A stretch of 64,000 bases of DNA from Macrostomum lignano (taxonomy: Eukaryota). The DNA lies in contig NIVC01001341.1 in NCBI GenBank assembly GCA_002269645.1, positions 65,096-129,095 of the forward strand, read 5' to 3'. Positions 1 to 32,025 of this stretch are shown here, in pieces; positions within the stretch are counted from its first letter, which is position 1; every line of letters begins with the position of its first letter. Made by a program: the position numbers and the translations under genes. The notes beneath the pieces are model-generated. The model made no database searches. It saw nothing but the letters and a program-made list of their open reading frames with translations, and had not been told where the DNA came from.

Positions 1-235
1 CGGATCTGACTACACCTGTTGACCTGGATATCGGCAGTTCCCAATCGACTCGAACGCTTCCAAATTTACCGTTTGTCTCGTCGGCTGGAATCGCTTCCAA
101 CGGTGGGACGTCGTCGAGACCTCTGCTTGCCGGCTCCGACTTGCTGTTGCGGCCTTTTGTGACTAAGCATAAGCCGTTGGGTACGAGTGGTGCAGTTTGT
201 GCCGAGTGGCGCTGGCGGGCTGGCCGCTTCGAGTG

Positions 236-1340
236 ACCGGGTGACAGGGTGACAGGGTGACAGGGTGACAGGATGACAGTGTGACAGGTTGACAGGGTGA
301 CAGGATGACAGGATGACAGGGTGACAGTGTGACAGGGTGACAGCATGACAGTTTGACAGTGTGACAGTGTGACAGGGTGATAGGGTCAGACAGGGTGACA
401 GTATGACAGTGTGACAGGGGGACAGTATGACAGTGTGACAGGGTGACAGTATGACAGAGTGACAAGGTGACAGCATGACAGGGTGACAGTGTGATAGTGT
501 GACATTGTGACAGGGTGATAGAGTGACAGTGTGATAGGGTCAGACAGGGTGATAGGGTCAGACAGTGTGATAGGGTGAGACAGTGTGATAGGGTCAGACA
601 GGGTGATAGGGTCAGACAGGGTGATAGGGTCAGACAGGGTGATAGGGTCAGACAGGGTGATAGGGTCAGACAGGGTGATAGGGTCAGACAAAGTGATAGG
701 GTCAGACAGGGTGATAGAGTGACAGGGTGACAGGGTGACAGAGGGCAGCTAGTATGACAGGGTGACAGGTTGACAGGGTGACAGGATGACAGGATGACAG
801 GGTGACAGTGTGACAGGGTGACAGCATGACAGTTTGACAGTGTGACAGTGTGACAGGGTGATAGGGTCAGACAGGGTGACAGTATGACAGTGTGACAGGG
901 GGACAGTATGACAGTGTGACAGGGTGACAGTATGACAGAGTGACAAGGTGACAGCATGACAGGGTGACAGTGTGATAGTGTGACATTGTGACAGGGTGAT
1001 AGAGTGACAGTGTGATAGGGTCAGACAGGGTGATAGGGTCAGACAGTGTGATAGGGTGAGACAGTGTGATAGGGTCAGACAGGGTGATAGGGTCAGACAG
1101 GGTGATAGGGTCAGACAGGGTGATAGGGTCAGACAGGGTGATAGGGTCAGACAGGGTGATAGGGTCAGACAAAGTGATAGGGTCAGACAGGGTGATAGAG
1201 TGACAGGGTGACAGGGTGACAGAGGGCAGCTAGTATGACAGGGTGACAGGGTGACAGAGGGCAGCTAGTATGACAGGGTGACAGGGTGACAGAGGGCAGC
1301 TAGTATGACAGGGTGAAAGGGTGACAGGGTGACAGGGTCA
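236..1340. repeat. TGACAG/GACAGGGT-based degenerate minisatellite with a 481-bp higher-order duplication
   Basis: Continuous tgacagggtgacag variants. ORFs 386..691 and 867..1172 translate identically, offset by 481 bp. Confidence 0.95.
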
Positions 1341-1506
1341 CCCTTAAACAATGCTTACACACCCTTGCTGAAGCTAAACATTTCATCTAGCAAAAACAAA
1401 AAGCTATACATTTCATCGCAAAACAGAGTAGTCAGTACAAAAAATTCATTTATATATTTAGATCAAAAGCCCACCAATTATCGCACACAATAACCGTGAA
1501 AGCATT

Positions 1507-1508
<2 letters not shown>

Positions 1509-1572
<64 letters not shown>
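1509..1572. repeat. (GA)n microsatellite
   Basis: Pure gagaga run. Confidence 0.98.
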
Positions 1573-1576
<4 letters not shown>

Positions 1577-1946
1577 TTTACTAAAATTTGCATGACGGCT
1601 GCTTTTCATGATGAAAGCCAAAATGCTTGGTTTTACCAGCTGCCTGAATCGATCCATGCGTTGAGGCTGACAATCGATCCTACGTAAAAGAAGTGATAAA
1701 TTCTGTACATTTTTTTCAAGTTTTCCTCTGCTGCATTTCCTGAGAGCAAGGTTGGTTTCTCGCTAGAATGAAACCTGCCATTTAAATGTACCAGCGTAGA
1801 ATAACATCGCAGAGATTTCCTGTTTTTTTATTTTGAGCTGTCAATAAACTTGTGTTTTTTGCTATTTGGTTTCGGGTCTGTAATGATTGATGTTTAGATG
1901 CTTTTTTATTGCTGCTAAAATCAAAATGACAAAAATCCGGGTGGGT

Positions 1947-2385
1947 GCCCCTGTCTCTTAGTGGGCGCCCCTGTCTCTTAGTGGGCGCCCCTGTCTCTTA
2001 GTGGGCGCCCCTGTCTCTTAGTGGGCGCCCCTGTCTCTTAGTGGGCGCCCCTGTCTCTTAGTGGGCGCCCCTGTCTTTTAGTGGGCGCCCCTGTCTCTTA
2101 GTGGGCGCCCCTGTCTCTTAGTGAGCGCCCCTGTCTCTTAGTGAGCGCCCCTGTCTCTTAGTGAGCGCCCCTGTCTCTTAGTGAGCGCCCCTGTCTCTTA
2201 GTGGGCGCCCCTGTCTCTTGATGACGCCCCCTGCCTCTTAATTGGCGCCCCTGTCTCTTGGCTGGCGCCCCTGTCTCTTGGCTGGCGCCCCTGTCTCTTG
2301 GCTGGCGCCCCTGTCTCTTGGCTGGCGCCCCTGTCTCTTGGCTGGCGCCCCTGTCTCTTGATTGGCGCCCCTGTCTCTTGTCTCT
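1947..2385. repeat. 20-bp minisatellite GTGGGCGCCCCTGTCTCTTA
   Basis: About 21 tandem units; same family recurs at 43083-43285. Confidence 0.97.
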
Positions 2386-2867
2386 TGGCAAAAGTGGAGC
2401 TTCTGTCATTCTTCGAGCTTATCTGCCTCTTGCTTTTTTGCACCCCCAGCGTGCGCCATCATCAATCATGTCAACCTATGATCAACAGTGTATTTCTTTT
2501 CTGAGGACAACCTGTCCTTCTGTCTTCACCACTCCTATTGAAGGACTGATGCATGTAGACTGGCAGCCCTGCGAGGATATTCCAATATCTTATTATCCAA
2601 ATTAACTAAAGTGAATATCATGAATTGAAACCCCACAGTCAATGGCGACTTTTCTAGACGCATTAAAAAGACCTCTAGCCAAAATCTATTGAATTTAAAG
2701 ACAATCAATTTTACATTGAAGCACCTGGAAAGCGCTGCAAGTGAGCTGAAACCTCTGCTGAGCTCTTTTTAAACAGCTGCTGTTGGTGACTGATGAAGTC
2801 CAAATTTGTGCGTAACTGGCCTTGCCTTACAGAGCCCATTTCAGTCTTTCGTTCACTACCGGTCCAC

Positions 2868-3910
<1,043 letters not shown>

Positions 3911-4954
3911 GGTCTCTCCTGTAAAACTGAACTATTTTTAAAACAATCACTGGATTGAATTTTGTGAGCAGGTTGTTCGAGCCAGCGAAAGAAGAGAAAA
4001 CAGAATTCATAGTTTCGTGTTTCACCTCTTCTGCCTCCAGCTTACCCCCAGAAGCAGAAGCAGTACAGACAACAAAAGGTAGAATTTACCGAAGTACCTT
4101 TCCTTTCTTTTTAAACAAAGCTTCAACACACACACAGAGCATTCTTTTTACCTATTGAGTTCAGGTGCAGAGGAAAGCAACGGTTTGGAACAGAAGAAGA
4201 CTCCACCCACCTGTACAGCAGATTCAGTGCTCACAATGACGGGGGTGGAGAGTCAGCAGCACCAGCAGCAACAGAAGCTGGCTCTAGAGAAGGAAATTTG
4301 CAGAGAAAAATTCTAATCTATATAAATTGTCAACTCTAACATGATCTGATCTCTGGTAGAAATATGAAAACAGAAAAAGAATGGAATCCTTTTCTAATTA
4401 TATAGTCAGGCTATGTACACTCGATCCGTGCCTTGGGGGCTGGACGTCACGGCTATGAATCGCCTGAAACCCATAATGGACGACATACAGGGTCCATGAA
4501 ACAAGACAAAGTATCTGGATTGGAAACCATGGCAAACCATTTTACCATTTTAGTGTCGTGCATTTGGGAAGTAAAAAAAAACTTGGGAAATTTGAAAAAC
4601 GAAACAAAATGAGGAAAAGTGAAAATATAGATTTCGACTAGCTGTTCCAGACTTCTAATTTTAGAGCTCCCCTGCTTTAGGTCTTACGGCAACTGTCCTC
4701 TCCACATTTCGGGAGAGGACATTGCTCCCCTGTATTGCCAGCCTCCATAGCGGCTTCTGGTTGGCCCGGGTTGGACACGAGTCAGGAAGGCCTCCAATGA
4801 AAATTGACCGACTGAGGGATACCTGAGCCTGTAAAATGCTCCCCTCCATAGCTTTATAGGAGAAAATGTTTTTCATTTTCTGGGGGATTTCTCTAGCTTC
4901 CTAGGAGTTAGCTTACTTAACTGGAAAATCGAGTTCAAGCCTCAGCAGTTGTAA

Positions 4955-24353
<19,399 letters not shown>

Positions 24354-24489
24354 AACATTTTTTGTTTTTACTGATCTGTTGTTATAAAAATCCTTTACGA
24401 AATTTGACTGGCTTTGCATGCATAGCCAGGTATTTTATGTGTGTGACTGGAGCAGCGGAGCAGCGCTTACGCTTGGGGGGTTGTCGTGG

Positions 24490-24600
24490 GATCCACACCT
24501 ATTAGGGTCAACCCCCAAGGCACAGAGGGTGCACATGACGATTAGAAAGTCGCGGCAGCTGTACACCCTGTGTGAGCGTGTGCATGATTGCACGCCTGCG
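24490..24600 (+). mobile_element. Diverged fragment of the family A SINE central core
   Basis: cccccaaggcacag...gctgtacaccctgtgtgagcgtgtg; similar cores at 49158-49262 and 62725-62830. Confidence 0.6.
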
Positions 24601-25039
24601 TAGTTATTATTACACTATTATTATTATTATTATTATTATAATTATTGTGTGGTATTACAACACATTTTTATTCATGTTTACCACGTACAAGTACACAAGG
24701 TATTATAAACTTAATCTTTCTCTTTTCTTCTACACGTAGATGTTACACTTCTGCAGTAGTAGCTACTGACTAAAATTCTTGAATTATTTCTCGCTTGAAT
24801 CTTTTTTAGTCAGTTTCGTGTAAAAAAATCTATCCGTTGTTAATCTTCGCAACCATAAGTTGTGTACTACATTCTCTGCACGTTTACGAAATGTTACTTA
24901 AATTGATTGATTGATTGACTTAAGTTAATTATAACAAAGACAATTGAATTGGGTGTAATACCCACAGTTTAAGCACATTCTTTGATAACAGTTTATCAAT
25001 GTTTCAATAATAATCAGTTATATAGCTTTTAGCATTCTT

Positions 25040-25500
25040 TACTTTGTCATTGATGTAGGCGCGTCCTGGGCCCCCACTAATTTTTGCGCACCCTCCCTTC
25101 TTTCCCTGCGATACCTGCGTCTCTGTGATTCCTGTGATGACTCATGCTTATCGCCCATCTCACTCCCCTGCGCACCCAGCCCTCCTTGGTGCAAGTCAGT
25201 GATGAGGCAGTCCGTTAGAGTTGCTGTGCGGGCCTGCATGGCCGCGACGCAATTGCTCGGTCGGCTGGTGCAGCATGGCCAGGGCCAGAGACGATCGCAT
25301 CGGGGTTCATCACCAGGGTGCCGAGGTACCGGAAGTCCTCAAACAGCGCGATGCGGTCTCCATTGGGCAGTGTGAGAGTTGGGGCGGCATTCATGCCCAC
25401 GGTATCAGCGCCTCCGTCTTGCGAGCATTCACCAGCAGCCTAACACAGGCGTCGCAGAGCCATGTGAAAGCGCACTGGGCAGCAGCGTGTGTTCATGCGT
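25040..25500 (-). pseudogene. Degenerate non-LTR retrotransposon (RTE/L2-type) reverse transcriptase C-terminal fragment
   Basis: Minus-strand LLVNARKTEAL and LPNGDRIALFEDFRYLGTLV match the GLxINxxKT and FKYLG motifs; frames are broken. Confidence 0.65.
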
Positions 25501-27814
25501 GTGACAGTTTTATGGCCCCCTAGCTTATCTCCCCAAGCTTTCCCCTGCCTGTTACGTAATCCCCCATCATAAATCATTTTTCTCCACTGCGCCTCACCCG
25601 AATTTCTCGTCCAATCACAGCGTGGCTGACGGTTGACGTCGTCAGGTTTGCTTGGTAACGGAGGTCAAGAACAAGTCACGGCCTTCAATATCACGTTTCA
25701 CGCTCACATGATAGCATGACACGTGATCACAGGGCTATAAATAAAAGACTGTTTTAGGCCCTGAGCGGCACCCCGCTCAACTTTCTGTTTCCGCGTTGCC
25801 CTCCCCCTTTCCACGTTTCCGCGTTTAACCAATTCCGTGCTCTGAAAAAACATTAATATGGCGTTCTCTTTATCTATTATCCACCATTCGAATCCTGGGG
25901 CTTAAGAGGAAATTTTAGTCTGGAACCGCGCTCACCAGCTAAAAGAAGCCCATGTATGCAAAAGTCCTCTAGTTTCTAGCGCTGACTAGACTGTCCTAAT
26001 TGTATGTCTCGCATAGAGTCTCTTAATCGGCCATTTCTGGTACAGTTGGAGTCAAGAACCTTCGTCTTTTACAGACCGGAAGTCCCGTCTCGTTAGTGGG
26101 AGTACTCCTGCACAGGTGACAGCATGCAGTGGCGACCGCGCTTCTAGCCGGGCGTGTACTTTCAAACAACTACATGTATGTAGCTCGGCTCGCTGTCTAG
26201 ATAATGGGATCTTGGACACAACGTCAGCTACCGCACAGAGGCGGAGGAAATCTATGGGACAGGACCCGGTGGCTGTACTTTTCAGGGCCAGAGACCAGGG
26301 GTTTGCACAGGTGTTTTCATGCAGTCCGGGTTACATGTACATGCATGGATACACGCGACTTTAGTCAAAAACATATACGTGACTGCATGATCATAAGCTT
26401 TTAGAACTATTTTTAAACTGTTCCCAGTGAAAAAAATGATATGGATTCCATGTGGATTTTTCATATGAAATCCATATGTGCATTTGTCTCCGTCCATCCA
26501 TGTGGAATCAAGATATGGATTCCACATGGAAGATCCATATGGAAGTAATTATGTATTTCACATAGAATCCACATTGTCATTGAATAAGCAGCCATTATAC
26601 TGGTTGCCATAATAAATTGTTGCATCCTAAATCTCAAAATAATACCAGATCTCAAAATTTCATACGAACCCCAGATCTCAATACCATATAAAAGAAACTG
26701 AAACACAGATAAAACACTAGCTATAGCCAAAAATATTTCTGCACAAAAATTCAAAATTCAAAATTCAATATTCAAAAACGATGTAAGGTGTATTTATGTA
26801 CAGTAGTGAGTCACTGGCACACAAAGAATAAACACACTGATGTAAATATTGATATCTTTAGAGTTGCACTGCGCATATGATATAATATATAATTTGAAAT
26901 TGACATTGTCAATAGCATTAATTAACAATAATATAATGCATCAGAATTAGAACAGTCAGAAACATGCTGCTGCCAATTGCCAGAATGCTGCTTCTTCAGG
27001 TCAGGTGAGCAACCTTAGAAAAGAAAGGGGTTAAATTACAGAATTTTATAACAGATTGATGACAGATTTTGTAATAGATTTTGATAGATTTTGATGACAG
27101 AAAAAAATAAGTTTATAACTAAAACTTACCATTGCTTCACAAAAGGTAGCATTTGAGATATTAAATTCAAATTCCAAGTAGCTTTGCAAGCTTCTTCAAA
27201 TGCAAGACCAAGGTGACATCCAAGTTTGAGGATGGGTCATGTAATGTTAGGCTGAAATGAAATAGAAAAATAATTGTTGCCAATTAAGATTGATAAATAA
27301 TATTGATATAATTCATAAAACTAATTTAATGATGAATACTTATAAAATAAAATAAAGTTTATTTTAAAATTAACTAGGCCTAAGTCCTAGGTTTATTTTT
27401 TAAGCGCAAAGTGTGCATATGCACCCTAAATTTTAAAATTGCACCTTGAAAATTGAAATTAAAAAGTTGATGATACAGTTTAGGTGTGATCTCATTACCT
27501 ATTTTTCTGTTGAAGCCTTTTTTGCACTGCCTTTATATAAGAAAAAAGAGAAACTGCATTTTAAGCCTTAAAATCATAAAACCCTAAAAGTGAGCATAGG
27601 GTATGATTTTGCACCTTGTCTCTAGCAAAAAAGAAAACCCTACCCAAGTCAATCAATAAAATAAAATTAATAAAATTAAAATAATAAGTACAAAAAATTA
27701 ATTTATGTTTCTATAAATTTAATTTTTTATTTTAAAATTGATTTTAGACTATAAAGTATTTAGGCAAAGCAATGCATGTTTTTTTTATATTTGCGGGCCT
27801 ATTATGATTAAAAG

Positions 27815-28480
27815 GGGGGCTGTAGCCAAGCGGTAGCACAGCTGCTCTGGTGTGCCAGCGACCTAGGCTCAATTCTAAGTGCAGTCACATTAATTTGGGG
27901 CTGAATTGGAATCTTGGCTTGGCTCTCTGCTTGTGCAATTAATGGCCTTGAGACATACATGCGCAACCTCCAAATTTCGGTCGGCCATGCGACTTAGTTT
28001 TAACAAAAATGCGACGTAGTTTTTGGCCAAAAATGCGACTTACATGTAAAAAAACCCGAAAGCAAAATTAACGCAACGTTGGGTAAACGGCAGGAGTAAC
28101 TATGACTGTCTTATAAAGCCAAAATGCCTCGTCAGCAACTTAGTACTACTACTCTGTGTTTTTTCGGGTTGGCATTTTTGCGACTTCCTTGGTTGGCCGC
28201 CAAATCGGTCGGCCGGATCGGCCGACTCGGCCGACTGTTGCGCATTTATGCCTTGAGAGCCAACCCCCAAGGCACAGTGAAGTATACATGCCTAACAGTA
28301 AATAAAGTTAGGGCCACTGTACACTCCTATGTAAATGTGCCTGCATACGTATCCGCACGCTTGTGTGCCTGCTCAAGGGAGTTAATGGAATGGGCAGCAA
28401 TGCCTCTCGCCAGTTGTATGCCTATGTCGCTTAACGTGTGCCAGGGTGCACACAACCCCCTGCCTCTAATAAAAAAAATA
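27815..28480 (+). mobile_element. tRNA-derived SINE (family A), full length, interrupted by a MITE
   Basis: A box TAGCCAAGCGG (27823-27833), B box GGCTCAATTC (27866-27875), core resumes at 28251, ends ccccctgcctctaataaaaaaa. Confidence 0.8.
27954..28250. mobile_element. 297-bp MITE with 14-bp TIR and 8-bp TSD (P or hAT superfamily)
   Basis: TIR CATA(C/A)ATGCGCAAC; direct repeat CCTTGAGA at 27946-27953 and 28251-28258. Confidence 0.85.
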
Positions 28481-29590
28481 GTATGATTAAACATTAGGCC
28501 TAATCTTAAAAGCTATGCCCTATAGCTATTAAATTCTAGACTTGGCCTAAATCAGATCAAATTTACAATAATCATTATTTATTTATAATAGCAACCTTAG
28601 GGATCTGCTAGGCTAGCTATGCCAAAAACAGGTTGCAAGTGTAATTGCAAAGAATTATTTATAATGATTAATAATATTGTTTTTAAAAATGCAACAAGTC
28701 TAAAAGACGCTAACAGGCTTTTTTGAAGAAAATCATAAATGAATAGATTTTTAACAGATTAACTAGATTGACTAGTCACAATTCACAAAGTCAAGCTAGT
28801 CTTAACCTTAATTAAAATAGAAGGACCTAAATTGATAGTTATAGGCCTAGGCCTAGCTTAAAATAGGCCTAATAAGCATACATAAATAGATAAGACTAAT
28901 AGGTAGGACTAAGAGGAAATTATGAACTTCTAAAGGACTATTTAAGTTTAAAAAATGAGTAGCCAATCTATGGACATGGCCATGGGATTCCTAGAAATTG
29001 GATAAGCCTAAATAAATTTATCATGGATGGATTTTACCAAAAGTATTAGGCCTATCTATGATGAAATACTGATTTATCTAATTTCTAATCCCATGGAGGC
29101 CATGGCCTTATAAGTTATTGCCTATAGGCTACGTCTACTAAAATTTTTAAGGTGCTTAAATAGCCATAAACAAGGCAATTTATCTTTCAAGGCCTTGAAC
29201 CAAGACATTGACGAATATAAAATAAAATAAATTTAATTTTAAAAAGCACGAAACGTTTTTTATTGTTTACTTCTATTTTGTCTATTTTAACAAACAGTAT
29301 CTTATTTTCTGATTATAATTTAGCTTTAGGATATTAATTTTTACTTAAAAGCATATAAATATAATAATTAATTATAGTAATTTCATAAAAACGTCTTAAT
29401 GTGGTGTATCACAGTTTTTTTATCGAAGTGGATTCCATGTTGAATCAATATACGCTTATTTCTTATGAATTCCTTGTAAAATCCACATCAACATTAGGAC
29501 AGTAAAAATTAAAAAATAGTGCATAAAAAATACTTTGCATACCATTATGTCATCTTTAAGTCATTAATTTGCAAAAATTAAAGAAACATT

Positions 29591-30723
29591 TGTAGTGAGT
29601 CGCTAGTTTAGTTAGGCGCCGCACTAGTCAGCTGTTGCCCTCGCCTTCTCCCCAGGTTTCTGTCTGCCGCTGGGCAGTTGCCTGTCCCTCCCGCCTGTCC
29701 CTGGCCTGTCCTCTGCCCGTTTGTCTGTCTGTCTGTTTGTCCTCGTTTGCCCCTTTTGTCTCGCTTTCCCTTTTTGCAGTGCCCAGACAGCTTGGTCTGG
29801 CCTGCCTCTGTTTCGTTCTCTGTCAGGCATCTCCAAATTTGGAGTGCCTTCCTGTTTTCCGGTCCCACGGTCACGAGTGCCTTCACTTGTGGGCCTTTTC
29901 CCCTTGTCATGTGAGTCAGTCACATGACAAGGCCCTCTTCCTTCTTTAGTCCAAAGTGCAATGATTTCATCATTGTACGCTGGGCTCGTGTTTATGGGGA
30001 GATCACGTGCGCCCGGACCCCCCCTTGCCTCCTCTGAGGCAGGGCCCGCTTGTTTGTTGCTAAAAATAGCAACAGAGTCACTTATGACTCTCAGCGGGGG
30101 CCTTTCGTGCTATGGTGCAATCGATCCTCCCTATAAATGCAGCCCCTCTCCTGGCTTGGCTCAGACAAGCCTTTCTTTCCTTCCGTTAACCGGCCCTTCC
30201 GTTTCAGCCTCTCGTTTCTGCGTTTTCAGCGTTCCTACCGTTCCTCGCGTTCCTAGCTTTCCAAGCTTTCCTAGCGTTCCTTCCGTTTCGTTTCTAGCGA
30301 ACTCTAAGTTGTGTGCCAAGTTGACGCTTAAGTTGAACTCCAAGACTCCCGACTTTGCGCGTGACTGCCTCTGGCTCTGATTGTTCCTGCTATCAATTAG
30401 CAGGCCAGCTCGGATCGCCCGAAGCTAGCACTTTCGCTCTCACCCCGCACCAGCCCGGCAGGGACTGCTGACGGTGGGCACCTCTGCGCGAGAACTGCTA
30501 AATCTGCGCGAAGTGCGAGTCTCTTTCTCTCGTCTTAGTTATTTGCTTCTACGAGCTCAGCACCTCACCGAAGGCTGCGACTCTGCGAAGCTGGTGGCAG
30601 CACTACCAACGCTACTAGATCAACCCGGAGACTTCCCAGAGGAGCTCAAGCAACTGTACTTCACCGGGGCAGCGTTCCTATTGAAGGCCTCTAGACAACC
30701 ACAGGCAAGACACCTGTACTTCA
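29591..30723 (+). repeat. 5' LTR
   Basis: tgtagtgagtcg...ctgtacttca; TATA-like TATAAAT at about 30132. Confidence 0.97.
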
Positions 30724-30724
30724 T

Positions 30725-30742
30725 TGGTGGCAGCGGTGGGAT
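30725..30742 (+). promoter_or_regulatory. Primer binding site complementary to the tRNA-Leu 3' end
   Basis: TGGTGGCAGCGGTGGGAT(TCGA), 1 nt after the LTR; reverse complement of the conserved tRNA-Leu end ...TCGAATCCCACCGCTGCCA-CCA. Confidence 0.9.
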
Positions 30743-30855
30743 TCGACGAGTCAACGACACGACTATCTGGTATTCGACAAGTCAAGATTCGACTACTACT
30801 ACACCCAAGACAACCGCTCTTTCGAGTAAGAATTCGGCTATTCTACTAATTTGAA

Positions 30856-32025
30856 ATGTTTAACGAGAGAGAAGAGAGCCGGTGCAGCAGCCGGCTGGAT
30901 CAGCACATCAGCAGTTCGAGACCTGCAGCAGCATCGGCTGCCGCAGCAGCAGCGGTCAACGACCTTGGTCAGCAGATGCCGCGGCGAAGTGCGAGAAGCG
31001 AAGTGTCCGAAGACCCGCCAGACGAGCTTCTGCCAGGTTTGGACGACCTCGGCCAGAACATCAGGCCCCAGGATGTGAGAACGATGATGGCAGCTCTGCA
31101 GCAGCAGATGGAGCGGCCGGTAAGCAAATCTGTTAAGATTGTAAAGTACACGCCCAGCCAGGACATCCACGTCTGGCTCGCCGCGTTCGAGCAGCGCTGC
31201 GAGATGGAGCGTATCGAAGACCCGATCGAGATGAAGCAGCACCTCGTTGCGAGTCTAGATCTGGCAACCGCTTACCCGGCTCTGCTCAGTATGCACCTCC
31301 CACGCTATGCTGGCTACGAGGAGGTCAGGCAGCGACTGATCGAGAGATTCGCCCGCCACGGTGGCGCGGATGAATATCGAGAGCTGCTGAGGCGCCGTCA
31401 GCAAGGCAAGAATGAGTCAGCAGAAGAGTACGCTGATGCCCTGCGCACCTTGGGAGAGCGAGCGTACCCTCGAATGCACCCTGAGGATCGAGAGCGGGAG
31501 CTGGCTGATCAGTTCCTAGCTGGCATCAGGACGACACCAGATCTGCGCGAGCGGCTCTATTGGGTCCGCCCGAACAATCTGCTGGCCGCTATTCGAGAAC
31601 TCCATCGTCTGGAAGGCGCCAAGGAACTGGCGCAGCGCTCTGCTCAACCCCCGGTTCGCATGCTGAACGGGGAGCGCGACGGTGACCCGACGCCCGACGC
31701 CACCGCTCAAGCTCTCCTAGCTCTGACTGATCTGCTAGAGAAACAGCAGCGACTGCTAGACAACCTGGTGCAGCGTGACCAGCAGCAGAAAACGAGTCCG
31801 CCGGCGAAAGCCATGATCTGCTATGGCTGTGGTCAGCCTGGTCATCGCAATGCACAGTGCCCGTTACGCCAGAACCAGGGAAACGGCGAGACGGAGAGCG
31901 CCCACGGCAACGCCCTCCGCAGAGCCCAAGCCCCGGCTACTTGGCAGACTCCGAACGCTCACCAGAAGAAGAGGATGTCGGCTGCGCAGACGCCAATGCC
32001 CAGTCCGACAGTCGCTCATCAGTAA
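30856..32025 (+). CDS. gag: Gag with CCHC zinc knuckle
   Basis: Retrotransposon gag core (LRRRQQGKNESAEEYADALRTL); CYGCGQPGHRNAQC knuckle. Confidence 0.92.
   Translation: MFNEREESRCSSRLDQHISSSRPAAASAAAAAAVNDLGQQMPRRSARSEVSEDPPDELLPGLDDLGQNIRPQDVRTMMAALQQQMERPVSKSVKIVKYTPSQDIHVWLAAFEQRCEMERIEDPIEMKQHLVASLDLATAYPALLSMHLPRYAGYEEVRQRLIERFARHGGADEYRELLRRRQQGKNESAEEYADALRTLGERAYPRMHPEDRERELADQFLAGIRTTPDLRERLYWVRPNNLLAAIRELHRLEGAKELAQRSAQPPVRMLNGERDGDPTPDATAQALLALTDLLEKQQRLLDNLVQRDQQQKTSPPAKAMICYGCGQPGHRNAQCPLRQNQGNGETESAHGNALRRAQAPATWQTPNAHQKKRMSAAQTPMPSPTVAHQ

Noticed and set aside
3-236. Open frame at the window start (DLTTPVDLDIG...RFE)
   Set aside because: Truncated by the window edge, no recognisable domain, strand ambiguous.
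4688-4828. RRM domain from the SIFIGGLP motif
   Set aside because: No RNP1 motif or continuation found; kept only as a low-confidence antisense exon candidate.
25600-25745. CCAAT/CRE/TATA promoter-like cluster
   Set aside because: No downstream gene model could be supported; such motifs occur frequently by chance.
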